A DNA stretch of 64,000 bases from an uncultured virus (IMG/VR IMGVR_UViG_3300025066_000019). Taxonomy: Duplodnaviria > Heunggongvirae > Uroviricota > Caudoviricetes. The stretch's first letter is position 1. Every line of letters starts with the position of its first letter. Shown in pieces: positions 39,301 through 48,026 of the stretch. The notes beneath the pieces were generated by a model. The model was not told the origin of the DNA. It saw only the letters and a list, made by a program, of their open reading frames with translations, and did no database searches. The stretch is from IMG/VR virus record IMGVR_UViG_3300025066_000019, one strand, 5' to 3'. Position numbers and translations under genes: made by a program.

Positions 39301-39555
39301 ATGAAGATAACACTGATAGAAAACAAGCCGGTAGGAATGGCGATTAGTAATTTTTCTGGCGGGGACATTGTTCAATGTGTTAAGGTTCCCCCAGGTGCAA
39401 ATGCAGACCGAGATAAAATATGTATGGTTATCGAGGATTATAAACACCCTCTGGTAAACATGAAACCAAGCGATGGGTTTACCCTATGGGGAAACGAACA
39501 CAGCGGATACCTGTTTAAGAAGATAGGTTATCTACAGATTGACTTGACAGAATAA
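39301..39555 (+). CDS. Hypothetical protein
   Basis: RBS in promoter spacer. Confidence 0.6.
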   Translation: MKITLIENKPVGMAISNFSGGDIVQCVKVPPGANADRDKICMVIEDYKHPLVNMKPSDGFTLWGNEHSGYLFKKIGYLQIDLTE

Positions 39556-39570
39556 GGAACAAGTGCTATA

Positions 39571-39828
39571 ATGAGTGAACAAGACAAAGACGAAGCCGTG
39601 TGTGTCAACTGTGAAGATGGTGGCTGTGGTCACTGTGAAAACCTGGAGGAATTAACTCCTGCATCACAGGCATTGGCTAATGCGTTTGACAACCCTGATG
39701 ACTTTGATTGGGGAATGACTGAAGAACGTGAGGAAGCCGGATTCGCCAACTTCGGGACAACTCCTGAAGAGGCAGAGCGATTGCGTCAGTTGGAGTATGA
39801 CAAGGTAGAATTGCCAGAGACCGACTGA
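39571..39828 (+). CDS. Hypothetical acidic protein (CxxC x2)
   Basis: RBS in promoter spacer. Confidence 0.6.
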   Translation: MSEQDKDEAVCVNCEDGGCGHCENLEELTPASQALANAFDNPDDFDWGMTEEREEAGFANFGTTPEEAERLRQLEYDKVELPETD

Positions 39829-39861
39829 GTACCACCTAAACGACAAAGATTGGAGGGAGCA

Positions 39862-40371
39862 ATGAGAGACACGATTGAAAGAATACCGATGTGCTGGAAG
39901 TGTTCTGAATGTATCTCTGTGGAGCTACCTGTTGAGATGCATCTCCCTGCTGTACGTGAGATGGTAGGTTGTAAGGCTTGCGATGAAATCAAGTCTTACA
40001 TAGATGCCGATAAGTTATGTCCTATTCTTAAAAAAAGAGAAGAGATTATGATTGGCTACAAGCTGTTCAAAAAGCGTAAGAACGGGACGCTGGGTCCGCT
40101 ATTTATCAATCGCAAGCTGGTAGTTCCTATTGGCGAGTGGATGCAAGCAGAGGCCCATCGTACTAAAGGTTTCGCGTTTCGTCCAGGGTGGCACGCCTGT
40201 GCTGTTCCTGTAGCTCCTCACCTGAAGATGAACCTAGCCAACGGAGAGACAAGGGTTTGGTGTAAGGTTGAGTTGCTAGATGTTGATGTAGAAGAGAGAC
40301 CAAAGGCTCAGGGAGGAAAGTGGTTCCTCGCTGGTCAGTTAAGAGTTATTGAAGAGGTTGTTGCCTCTTGA
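39862..40371 (+). CDS. Hypothetical protein (possible second start at MIGYKLF)
   Basis: GGAGGGAG RBS; GYKLF...GPLFIN...RPGWH. Confidence 0.65.
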   Translation: MRDTIERIPMCWKCSECISVELPVEMHLPAVREMVGCKACDEIKSYIDADKLCPILKKREEIMIGYKLFKKRKNGTLGPLFINRKLVVPIGEWMQAEAHRTKGFAFRPGWHACAVPVAPHLKMNLANGETRVWCKVELLDVDVEERPKAQGGKWFLAGQLRVIEEVVAS

Positions 40372-40412
40372 CAGAATGAATACTAAATGTTAGAATGTGG
40401 AGACAAGAGAGA

Positions 40413-41036
40413 ATGATGAAAATGCCAAACGATGTAAAAGTTGGAGACGTGATTGACTTTCGATACTCAAGGGGCACAAACCCTGGAGCTATCAGAACAA
40501 AGGTGAAGATTATAGGAAAGGACAAGCATTTGCTGAAAGCGTTGCTTCCTCCCTATCTTTCAACGTCTGATTGTTATAGGAATTATAACACAAACGGAAT
40601 GAGTCACATTCTCAAGGTTGGGTCGTTCAACCCTGAGGCAAGACAAATATCCATGAGTGAAGCGAAGGATATTATTGTTGACAAGATTGATGCTTCAGAG
40701 GCATCAGGCGAAAGCATTGCTGAGTTGATAGTCCAATCACTGGGCGACCGACAAACCCTTGCACACTTACAGTCGATTCTGAAGGATGAAGACGTTACCT
40801 TCAACGATTCGACATATGAGTTTGAGGTTCATCCTGAAAAGCATGGTAAATTCGTTGAGTCCTTAGGTGGTGCCAACGTGGTGATGAAAAACACAAAAAG
40901 AGATACATTTGTCATTGAGCCAACAAAACAAGACGGTGAGGCAAGAGTCCTTATCACTGGTGGACCAGAGATTATAGATAAGAGTGTAAAAACCCCTGAG
41001 GAACTTTGTGAACTATTAGAGAACTTTCTCTCGTAA
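40413..41036 (+). CDS. Hypothetical protein
   Basis: ~207 aa after promoter. Confidence 0.7.
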   Translation: MMKMPNDVKVGDVIDFRYSRGTNPGAIRTKVKIIGKDKHLLKALLPPYLSTSDCYRNYNTNGMSHILKVGSFNPEARQISMSEAKDIIVDKIDASEASGESIAELIVQSLGDRQTLAHLQSILKDEDVTFNDSTYEFEVHPEKHGKFVESLGGANVVMKNTKRDTFVIEPTKQDGEARVLITGGPEIIDKSVKTPEELCELLENFLS

Positions 41037-41068
41037 ACTTTTTCTTTTTTTTGAGGAACCATGAAACA

Positions 41069-41527
41069 ATGGAAAACTCTACAACTGCGACCGAGACCCC
41101 TGCTGTTACTGAAACTGCTGCCCCTGAGGCTGCTGCCACTCCTGAGGCAAAGCCTGCTGCAAAGCCTGCTGCCCCTCCTCGTGTGGATGCTGAGACGTTC
41201 GTCAACGGCTTTCGAGACGTTGCTAATGGAACAGCAACCTTTACCGACAAGTCTAAGCCTTGTGGACCAATCAAGACGATTGTGGTTGGTGCCTCTGTTC
41301 CTGTGAGCCGCAACGGTGTTGCTGCCCTTTTGGGAATGAAGTATAACGCTGCGGTGAACCGCGAGAAGGCTTATCGTGAGAAGGGAGTTAAACTTCCTGA
41401 GATTAAGCTGTCTCAGCGAGGTGCGTCCCTCGACGTGGCATCACTGAACGCATTGCTCGTCGATGCCGAAGTGGTCGAGCAGGCTGTGGCTGAGCCTACA
41501 ACTGAAACGGTAAGCGACCAAGGCTAG
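41069..41527 (+). CDS. Hypothetical protein with Ala/Pro/Thr-rich N-terminus
   Basis: GAGG RBS; precedes the tRNA-like RNA cluster. Confidence 0.7.
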   Translation: MENSTTATETPAVTETAAPEAAATPEAKPAAKPAAPPRVDAETFVNGFRDVANGTATFTDKSKPCGPIKTIVVGASVPVSRNGVAALLGMKYNAAVNREKAYREKGVKLPEIKLSQRGASLDVASLNALLVDAEVVEQAVAEPTTETVSDQG

Positions 41528-41535
41528 TGACGGTC

Positions 41536-41628
41536 GTGGACATGGTCTAGTGGACAAGACGCCCCTCGACGGTAGGATTTAATTACCCCTACCGAGGGGA
41601 GACTAGGGTTCGACTCCCTATGTCCTAC
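41536..41628 (+). ncRNA. tRNA-like RNA with elongated anticodon arm
   Basis: D-arm GTCT-AGTGGACA-AGAC, T-arm TAGGG-TTCGACT-CCCTA, GGACA/TGTCC acceptor pairs; anticodon arm replaced by CCCCT..CGGTAGG/CCTACCG..AGGGG. Confidence 0.7.
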
Positions 41629-41696
41629 TTAGAAGAAATCCAAACATCGACGCAAGGGGTATGCAACCCGCCGCGAGAATCGCGGTTCGATGTAAC

Positions 41697-41775
41697 GGGC
41701 TTGAAATGGCTTCGACTCACTGAAAATCTTTAACGAGAACAGTTGAGTACTAGGGTTCGATTCCCTACAGGTCCA
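41697..41775 (+). ncRNA. Minimal tmRNA tRNA-like-domain RNA
   Basis: GGGCTTG/CAGGTCC-A with G3.U70 and A73, stemless AAATGGCTTCGAC loop, short helix, canonical T-arm; no tag ORF. Confidence 0.7.
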
Positions 41776-41788
41776 CTTGATACATATA

Positions 41789-41907
41789 TACTGTTCTGGG
41801 TTTGGCCTTGAGCAAAACTCACCACAAGGTCTAAAGTAAGACAGTGAGTGTCAGAAACGGTCCTAGTGTTGCTTAGGCGGCAAGTTCAACTCTTGCCAAC
41901 AGTACCA
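41789..41907 (+). ncRNA. tRNA-like RNA with encoded CCA and non-canonical core
   Basis: TACTGTT/AACAGTA-CCA, T-arm GCAAG-TTCAACT-CTTGC, internal TGAGCAA/TTGCTTA and ACTCAC/GTGAGT helices. Confidence 0.6.
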
Positions 41908-42145
41908 ACTCAACTTTGTTTTACTTAAACTACCAAGATTGGAGAGAGAGATGCAATACGAAGTATACCTGACCAAGACCGTACACCTCTTTGTTGAGGC
42001 TGACAACAGCGACGATGCCGCTAACCTAGCATTGCTGGAAGCGGACACAGATAATAGCTGGGGTAACGCCCCTGCTGACCTGTACAGTGTAGACGAAGTT
42101 GATGAAGACTAACACCATTTGACAGAATAAGGGAGAAGTGCTACA

Positions 42146-42328
42146 ATGGAAATCAAAGACTTAGGAACGATGAACGGATGGGGTGAAACCTATCCTCAAG
42201 CCTACGACGACCACGTTAAGAATGACGAATGTAGGAATAAGGCTGAAGTGGTTAAGACCGGAAACTGTCGCTATCAGACCACTTGTGGCAACTGTGGAGT
42301 TCGATTCAGCGTTGACTCCTCAGACTGA
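42146..42328 (+). CDS. Small hypothetical protein (CxxC)
   Basis: RBS in promoter spacer. Confidence 0.6.
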   Translation: MEIKDLGTMNGWGETYPQAYDDHVKNDECRNKAEVVKTGNCRYQTTCGNCGVRFSVDSSD

Positions 42329-42405
42329 TTTGACAGAATAACGACCAAGTGCTACAATACTAGAACAAGACGACGAAACATTTTACTTTTTTTGGAGATG
42401 CAAAG

Positions 42406-43671
42406 ATGAATACTAAAGTTTTAGGTAACGGCGACACGTTGGCAGACCAGAAGGAACACTTCACTGACTCACAAGATAAGGGTCATGGGTTCCGTAACGT
42501 GTCCAAAGTTTGGACTGAGCAATGTATTACATTCCAGCAGGGACGAGAGTTGCTGGCTGACCAACAGCAGGCTATTACCGACATTCGGTGTGGTCTCGAT
42601 GGTTGGGCTACCGATGTTGTGGATGGACAGTTTGTGATGGTTCATAAGGCAAGCGGTAACGCTTACCGTCCAACCTCTCATGCAATCAAGAACATTGCAT
42701 ACGTGGGGAAGGGTTCGAGTTGGCAACTGGCTGACTTGTTAGAGCCGAAAGTGCATACCTCCTCCAAGGACAAGCGGACGGGTGAGCCTAAGGTGTTGTT
42801 CGAGCGTGACGAACGAGATGCAGAGTTGCTCTGTAACATCGTGGACCACTACTTGTTTAACGCAGACCGATTGGAGCAGGATAAGATTCGTCTGTTCCGA
42901 ACGTGGAGTGATGGTACTTTGCGGGCTGTATTGTCGGACCAGTACTCAATCGTGAACAATGATTGGTACATGTCTGTCCTTGAGGAAGCAATTCCTGGGG
43001 GGTTATTGTCCCACTGGCGAGGGGATGCCGACACTATCTTCGGCAACGTACTCATTCCCGATAGCATTCGTCAGGAAGACGATTCTGCCTACGGTGGTAT
43101 GCTTTCGGTGGGTAACTCAGAGATTGGTTTGCGACGTATCATGTCCCTGCCTAGTGTGTTTCGAGCAATCTGTATGAATGGTTGCATCTGGGACCAAGAG
43201 AACGGCAAGGGGTGCAACAAGGTGCATCGTGGAGAGATTAACCTGGAGCAACTCAAGTTTGAGATTATCGAGGGTCTCCAGAAGCAAATCCCTCTGTTGT
43301 CAAGCGGTATCGACCGACTGTTGCTCACCAAGCAACTGAAGATTGGTATTACCCCACTAAAGAATATCCTTGCGGTTATCTGTAAGGAAAACGGCATCAC
43401 TAAGAGACGAGTGCCTGCCCTTGCTAAAGCCTTCAAAGTTGAGGAGAACATTCTCGGCTCTGAGGTTCGTACTGCCTTTGGTGTTGTTTCAACCATTACC
43501 CGGTTTGGTCAAGAACTGGAGAATGACGGTTGGGTTAAGATGGATATGGTTGGGGGTGAGCTTTCCAACATTGATTCTCCATCTTGGGAAAACCTGTTGA
43601 AGCGTGCTGGCGGCTTGTCTGACAAGCAAGTAGAGAAGATTCTGGGTGATATTTCTCACCTTCTCGGCTAA
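42406..43671 (+). CDS. DUF932-like protein
   Basis: RAVLSDQYSIVNN, GNSEIG, FRAICMNG motifs. Confidence 0.65.
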   Translation: MNTKVLGNGDTLADQKEHFTDSQDKGHGFRNVSKVWTEQCITFQQGRELLADQQQAITDIRCGLDGWATDVVDGQFVMVHKASGNAYRPTSHAIKNIAYVGKGSSWQLADLLEPKVHTSSKDKRTGEPKVLFERDERDAELLCNIVDHYLFNADRLEQDKIRLFRTWSDGTLRAVLSDQYSIVNNDWYMSVLEEAIPGGLLSHWRGDADTIFGNVLIPDSIRQEDDSAYGGMLSVGNSEIGLRRIMSLPSVFRAICMNGCIWDQENGKGCNKVHRGEINLEQLKFEIIEGLQKQIPLLSSGIDRLLLTKQLKIGITPLKNILAVICKENGITKRRVPALAKAFKVEENILGSEVRTAFGVVSTITRFGQELENDGWVKMDMVGGELSNIDSPSWENLLKRAGGLSDKQVEKILGDISHLLG

Positions 43672-43874
43672 ACCCGAAGCATCTCATGGGTGGGGGGCAA
43701 TTGACATGTCCCCTGCCCATCTTTACTACTTGACAAAACAAGCTCACTTTGCTAGAATAGCGTATGACCACTATAATGACAATCATAATCGTACTGAGCA
43801 TCGCCAAAGGAATTTGGGACGATGTTAAGTAATACTCTGTTACAACTAAACCACAAAGATTGGACAGTCTTCTT

Positions 43875-44255
43875 ATGGGTTCACAATTTAACACAGCAAC
43901 CAAACTCGTTGAGACAACCACTGAACCTATTAAAGAAACCCCTATTACCTTTCTGACTCGTATTTGTCAAGAGGCACTAAGCGATGGGGATTTTGGAATC
44001 ATTCACAAGGGACCAGAGAGTTTACTTCAGATGGTTTCTATGTGCCCTTCTTCGGCGTTTGAGGGTGCCTACGTTGCAGTCTTTACCTTCCCAGAAAATC
44101 AACAGCAATGGACTATGGAGCTATTAAGAATTCTCCCAGAGATTGTTATTGAGCTAGAAAAAACTTTCCACCATGTGAGAATCGTTCACGGTTATTACTT
44201 GCCAGAGTCAGCTTATAAGAACAGGTCTATTGGCATTAGGATTGAAACAGAATGA
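43875..44255 (+). CDS. Hypothetical protein
   Basis: ORF coupled to next gene. Confidence 0.55.
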   Translation: MGSQFNTATKLVETTTEPIKETPITFLTRICQEALSDGDFGIIHKGPESLLQMVSMCPSSAFEGAYVAVFTFPENQQQWTMELLRILPEIVIELEKTFHHVRIVHGYYLPESAYKNRSIGIRIETE

Positions 44256-44548
44256 AAAAACCCGAACGCAAAGACTACGATAAAGAGTGGGAATACGAGC
44301 ATGAGCTAGAGATGTATGAGAGGCGTATAGATGCCCAAGAGAATCGTACAGCTTTCCTGCTCGCCTTGGCAGACCTGATGGAGAAACATGGAGTCGAGGT
44401 GGGAAGGGCAGAAGTAAGAGGTCGTGACTGGACCATGAACGAGGACAGCCCATGCTTTGAGTTTGACGCAATATTTTCAGAAGACTATGACTTTGGCTTT
44501 TATTTAACACCAGAAAACATTAGACGTTCATTAACAGCAGGGGATTAA
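44252..44548 (+). CDS. Hypothetical protein
   Basis: ATGA overlap. Confidence 0.65.
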   Translation: MKKPERKDYDKEWEYEHELEMYERRIDAQENRTAFLLALADLMEKHGVEVGRAEVRGRDWTMNEDSPCFEFDAIFSEDYDFGFYLTPENIRRSLTAGD

Positions 44549-44619
44549 CATGTGTAGGTCAATTTCTGAATGTTGCGGTGCAGACCCCAACTACTCGACC
44601 CACCAGAAGGATTTAAGAA

Positions 44620-44859
44620 ATGAAAGTTGAAACCAATAAGAGCAAAACAGAGTTTAGTCCTATTGAACTTACCATCACCATTGAAAATATTGAGGAGGCT
44701 AGTACTATTTTAAATATTTTTAATAGTACCCCCGCTGAAGTTCGTAGCAACAGTCAACAGGTAGACTTCAACACTTTTCCTTCAGATAGGATTATTTCTA
44801 ACGAAATACTCTATCCTATCTATTCCACTCTTATTGACTCATTAAGGGCTAACAAATAA
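44620..44859 (+). CDS. Hypothetical protein (tandem paralogue)
   Basis: FSPIELTITIE..EEA, similar to next ORF. Confidence 0.65.
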   Translation: MKVETNKSKTEFSPIELTITIENIEEASTILNIFNSTPAEVRSNSQQVDFNTFPSDRIISNEILYPIYSTLIDSLRANK

Positions 44860-45095
44860 TGAAACTTACAACAGTACAAGAAGAGGACCAGTTCAAGCCT
44901 ATTACATTAAACATCGTACTAGAGACGAGGCGAGAGGCTAACACTTTTCTCAAGGTTTTAAATGTTGTTCCTGCAAGCATTAAAGATGGTCCCCCCATTG
45001 CGGGTGCTGACCTTGTCCTGACAGACGTAGGAATATCAGATATGCTCTACGAAATTTATGATGCTCTCAGCACTAAGCTGAAAGTTAATAAGTAG
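44859..45095 (+). CDS. Hypothetical protein (tandem paralogue)
   Basis: FKPITLNIVLE..REA. Confidence 0.65.
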   Translation: MKLTTVQEEDQFKPITLNIVLETRREANTFLKVLNVVPASIKDGPPIAGADLVLTDVGISDMLYEIYDALSTKLKVNK

Positions 45096-45190
45096 TAACA
45101 GCTAATATATCAACATTAACGGTTTTAAGTCTGACTGACACTGGAGTTAGCGAAATTGACAGACTGACGTAAGAATGTTATAATACTTAT

Positions 45191-45273
45191 AGTTGTTGCG
45201 AAGGTCGTTCGATTCGACCGGGCCTTGGTCTGCTCTGTGCCATTTGACGGGTGCAACAGGAGGCAGCACAACT
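45191..45273 (+). ncRNA. Promoter-proximal small RNA containing a T-arm
   Basis: Starts just after TATAAT; terminal stem AGTTGT/ACAACT; GGTCG-TTCGATT-CGACC. Confidence 0.5.
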
Positions 45274-45285
45274 TAAAACAATTTT

Positions 45286-45404
45286 GGTACTGTGGCGGAA
45301 AGTAGACGCATCCTGGGCGGGATTCTTTCGCCCTGAATGATGGCAGTTCAGTGCCGAAGAAACTGAGCGAAGAAGTTTTGCAGGTTTCAATCCTGCCAGT
45401 ACCG
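45286..45404 (+). ncRNA. Leu-type tRNA-like RNA lacking a canonical anticodon arm
   Basis: GGTACTG/CAGTACC-G acceptor, D-arm GCGGAAAGTAGACGC, T-stem GCAGG/CCTGC; central ~70 nt forms two other hairpins. Confidence 0.65.
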
Positions 45405-45422
45405 CTTTTTTTGGAGAATGAG

Positions 45423-45653
45423 ATGAAAAAGATAAAGCTAAAAGGCGGCGATGTTGGACGCTATGTAAGAGTTCTATACAGTGATGTAGGTGCTCAAGAT
45501 GGAGTAATTACTAAGGTGAACGGACCAGACGACTTCCGATATATTGGGTTGTCTACTGTCGGTCATGTTGGTAACGACGAGAGTAATAATGGGGCTCCAG
45601 TTATAGCACTTGGCAACTACATTTCAGCAGAAAATTCAGGATTGAACAAATGA
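45423..45653 (+). CDS. Hypothetical protein
   Basis: GGAG RBS. Confidence 0.6.
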   Translation: MKKIKLKGGDVGRYVRVLYSDVGAQDGVITKVNGPDDFRYIGLSTVGHVGNDESNNGAPVIALGNYISAENSGLNK

Positions 45654-45907
45654 GTGAAGATTGCGACAGAATTAAAAAAGAGTTATTGGAGACCTACGGT
45701 CAAGAGGCTGTAGAGTATTTTAAAGAATACTACGAAGAAGAATTAGACGACAATGTTTTTATTTCTTTTAGTGGTCAAAACTGTGAATATACAGATGATG
45801 GAGAATTTTGTAGTGGATGGGATGGCGAAAGCAGAAGATGTTCCTGTGGCAATCGTCGAGTAGCCTGGGATTGGGATAATGAATACTTAACAGCAGAGGC
45901 ATACTAA
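45650..45907 (+). CDS. Hypothetical acidic Cys-containing protein
   Basis: FSGQNC...CSGWDG.SRRCSCGNRRV. Confidence 0.65.
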   Translation: MSEDCDRIKKELLETYGQEAVEYFKEYYEEELDDNVFISFSGQNCEYTDDGEFCSGWDGESRRCSCGNRRVAWDWDNEYLTAEAY

Positions 45908-46323
45908 TGAGTGAAGCAATAAAAAAGGCTCAAAGAGCAATTGTTCTGGCTAATAACTCGTCTTGTGACCAAATTGAAATAGCCAAGGTTATAGCTATGG
46001 CAGCACAAACTATAGCTATTGCTGAATTAGCTGAGGCAGTCAAGAGTATTGACATTAACATGCCGTTTGCCCCCTACGCTGCCCCTGTTCAGCCTGTTCA
46101 ATATGTACCACCCAGCCTAGGCGAACCATTCCCAGACCAACCTGGATTTCCTCCTTATATTACATGTGAGGCTAACCTTGATAACCATGGTAATGAGACC
46201 CCTGGTTTCAAAATGGGTGAGGGTTTGCAACCGGGTGAGATTAATGTTGTTTCAGCTAGGACAGACGTTGGAAAAAGTGTTTATAAATTAATACATGATG
46301 AAAGAATTATTGATAATGAATAA
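45907..46323 (+). CDS. Hypothetical protein with DnaB-like P-loop fragment at C-terminus
   Basis: GLQPGEINVVSARTDVGKS. Confidence 0.55.
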   Translation: MSEAIKKAQRAIVLANNSSCDQIEIAKVIAMAAQTIAIAELAEAVKSIDINMPFAPYAAPVQPVQYVPPSLGEPFPDQPGFPPYITCEANLDNHGNETPGFKMGEGLQPGEINVVSARTDVGKSVYKLIHDERIIDNE

Positions 46324-46635
46324 CATCATAGAGATTATACAATATGCAATGGGGCACTTACCTCTCCATGACTACCTAATGGTTCACTATCATACAACCT
46401 TAGAGGCTTATTATGACTACCCTTGGTCATTGCCTCTTGCAGCAATCATGCTTGTACAACTAATCATCTTACTACAAATGACTCCTACGCGAAAGTAGCA
46501 TAGCGTTCGGTGCTATCAGAAAATATGAGGTGCAATTTCCTCATGCCGAGTTCTGGAGTCACACCTTCTCTGTTGACACTGGCCTGTAAAGCTGGTTGAG
46601 CAGAGGGGGTTTTTTATTATATAAAAGGAAACACA

Positions 46636-46887
46636 ATGAAAGAATGGGTAAAGAAAGAACTAGATAGGCAACACCAACACTGGCTGAACCAACGAGAAGA
46701 AGAACAAAAAGAAAAGAAAAGAGAGTTTATTAGACGTTATGTCCTTACGTTCATTGCGTCATGGGCTGGTCAAAGACATGATGAGGCGTGTGCGTCCGAT
46801 GGTCACGATGAATTAAAGAGTCCTCCTATTGAGGATGCTGAGGATTTAGCTGAGTTGGCATGGGAACAGGTTAAACATCAATACTAA
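46636..46887 (+). CDS. Hypothetical protein
   Basis: AAGGA RBS. Confidence 0.6.
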   Translation: MKEWVKKELDRQHQHWLNQREEEQKEKKREFIRRYVLTFIASWAGQRHDEACASDGHDELKSPPIEDAEDLAELAWEQVKHQY

Positions 46888-46899
46888 GAGGAACGAGAC

Positions 46900-47193
46900 A
46901 TGATTGTTGGAAAGAACCACCGTAAGATGATAGAGAAAAAAAGAAAAGAGAAACAAGAGAAGCGTGCTTACCTAAAATGGGGCTCTACCCGCATCCTAGA
47001 TGTTGTTATGCGTCACTTAAGAGTTGACCATAAGAGCATTATCTCTAACACTCTAATCTTTAACTCTCATCATAAAGTTACAGGGTCAGAAAAAGTCAAG
47101 GGTGATGTTACTATCTCAAATGGCGTAAGGTATTCAATCACGATTGAGAGAGTACCAACCCCTGACGAAGAAAGACTAAGAGGAGGATTCTAA
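46900..47193 (+). CDS. Hypothetical basic protein
   Basis: GAGG RBS. Confidence 0.6.
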   Translation: MIVGKNHRKMIEKKRKEKQEKRAYLKWGSTRILDVVMRHLRVDHKSIISNTLIFNSHHKVTGSEKVKGDVTISNGVRYSITIERVPTPDEERLRGGF

Positions 47194-48026
47194 TGAAACC
47201 CCAATGGTTTATTGAAACAACTATCTTTGAGAAAGAGTCACAGGCTCTTGTCGATGAAATAGTCAAGCAAGGGATGTCCTACAAGACCGCTGAGGGAGCA
47301 GAGGAGCGATGGGGTTCTCCCAGCTACCTCAACCTCTTCAATGCTCACGAGTGTGTAGTCTATCGTGGCTCGCTGGAATTTGGGGCTCAGGTACAGAGAG
47401 AGGCACCGTGGATTCCCGGTGTCTACCGGAACATGGATGCCTTTGATTGTACAAATTACTATCCACACTTCGGCAGCAACCTCGTCAACGAAGAGTATAT
47501 AATGCTGCCATGGGGCGAGCTACGCAGGCGTAGGGACTGGCTATTTAAAAAAGTGGGGTCGAGTGACGCTGTCTTTATTAGGCCTAACAGAGGCAATAAG
47601 ATATTCACTGGGAAGGTGGTTCACAAAGAAGACTGGGATAAGGACTTGGACCTTCTCGGCTTTTACGAAGTACCTGACGATGAACTATGTGTCGTAGCTT
47701 ATCCTCAAAACTTAGGTTCTGAGTTTCGATGGGTAATTGTAGATGGCAAGGTAGTGTCTGGATGTAAGTACAAGACAGTGTCCCATCCTGAAATTGCTGA
47801 ATTTACCCCCATAAAAGAATTCATCCAGAGGATAGTAGACAGGGCCGAATTTAACCCTGAGCGTGTGTGGATTATGGACACATGTCACACTAAAGAAGGA
47901 CACAAACACCAAGTGTTAGAAGTAGGGTGTTTCTCGTGTTCTGGTCTTTATACCTGTCCGGTGGAACCAATCGTGCGAGAGGTGTCTCGCGTTGCTCTGG
48001 AGGAATGGAAGGAATATAATGAATAA
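47193..48026 (+). CDS. ATP-grasp domain protein (R2K/DUF4343-like)
   Basis: FIRPNRGNKIFTG, EFRWVIVDGKVV, IMD...VLEV...SGLY. Confidence 0.8.
   Translation: MKPQWFIETTIFEKESQALVDEIVKQGMSYKTAEGAEERWGSPSYLNLFNAHECVVYRGSLEFGAQVQREAPWIPGVYRNMDAFDCTNYYPHFGSNLVNEEYIMLPWGELRRRRDWLFKKVGSSDAVFIRPNRGNKIFTGKVVHKEDWDKDLDLLGFYEVPDDELCVVAYPQNLGSEFRWVIVDGKVVSGCKYKTVSHPEIAEFTPIKEFIQRIVDRAEFNPERVWIMDTCHTKEGHKHQVLEVGCFSCSGLYTCPVEPIVREVSRVALEEWKEYNE

Noticed and set aside
41536..41628. Ochre suppressor or intron-containing tRNA
   Set aside because: TTA occurs in the apical loop, but the arm is far too long for decoding and no recognisable splice motif restores a 7-nt loop
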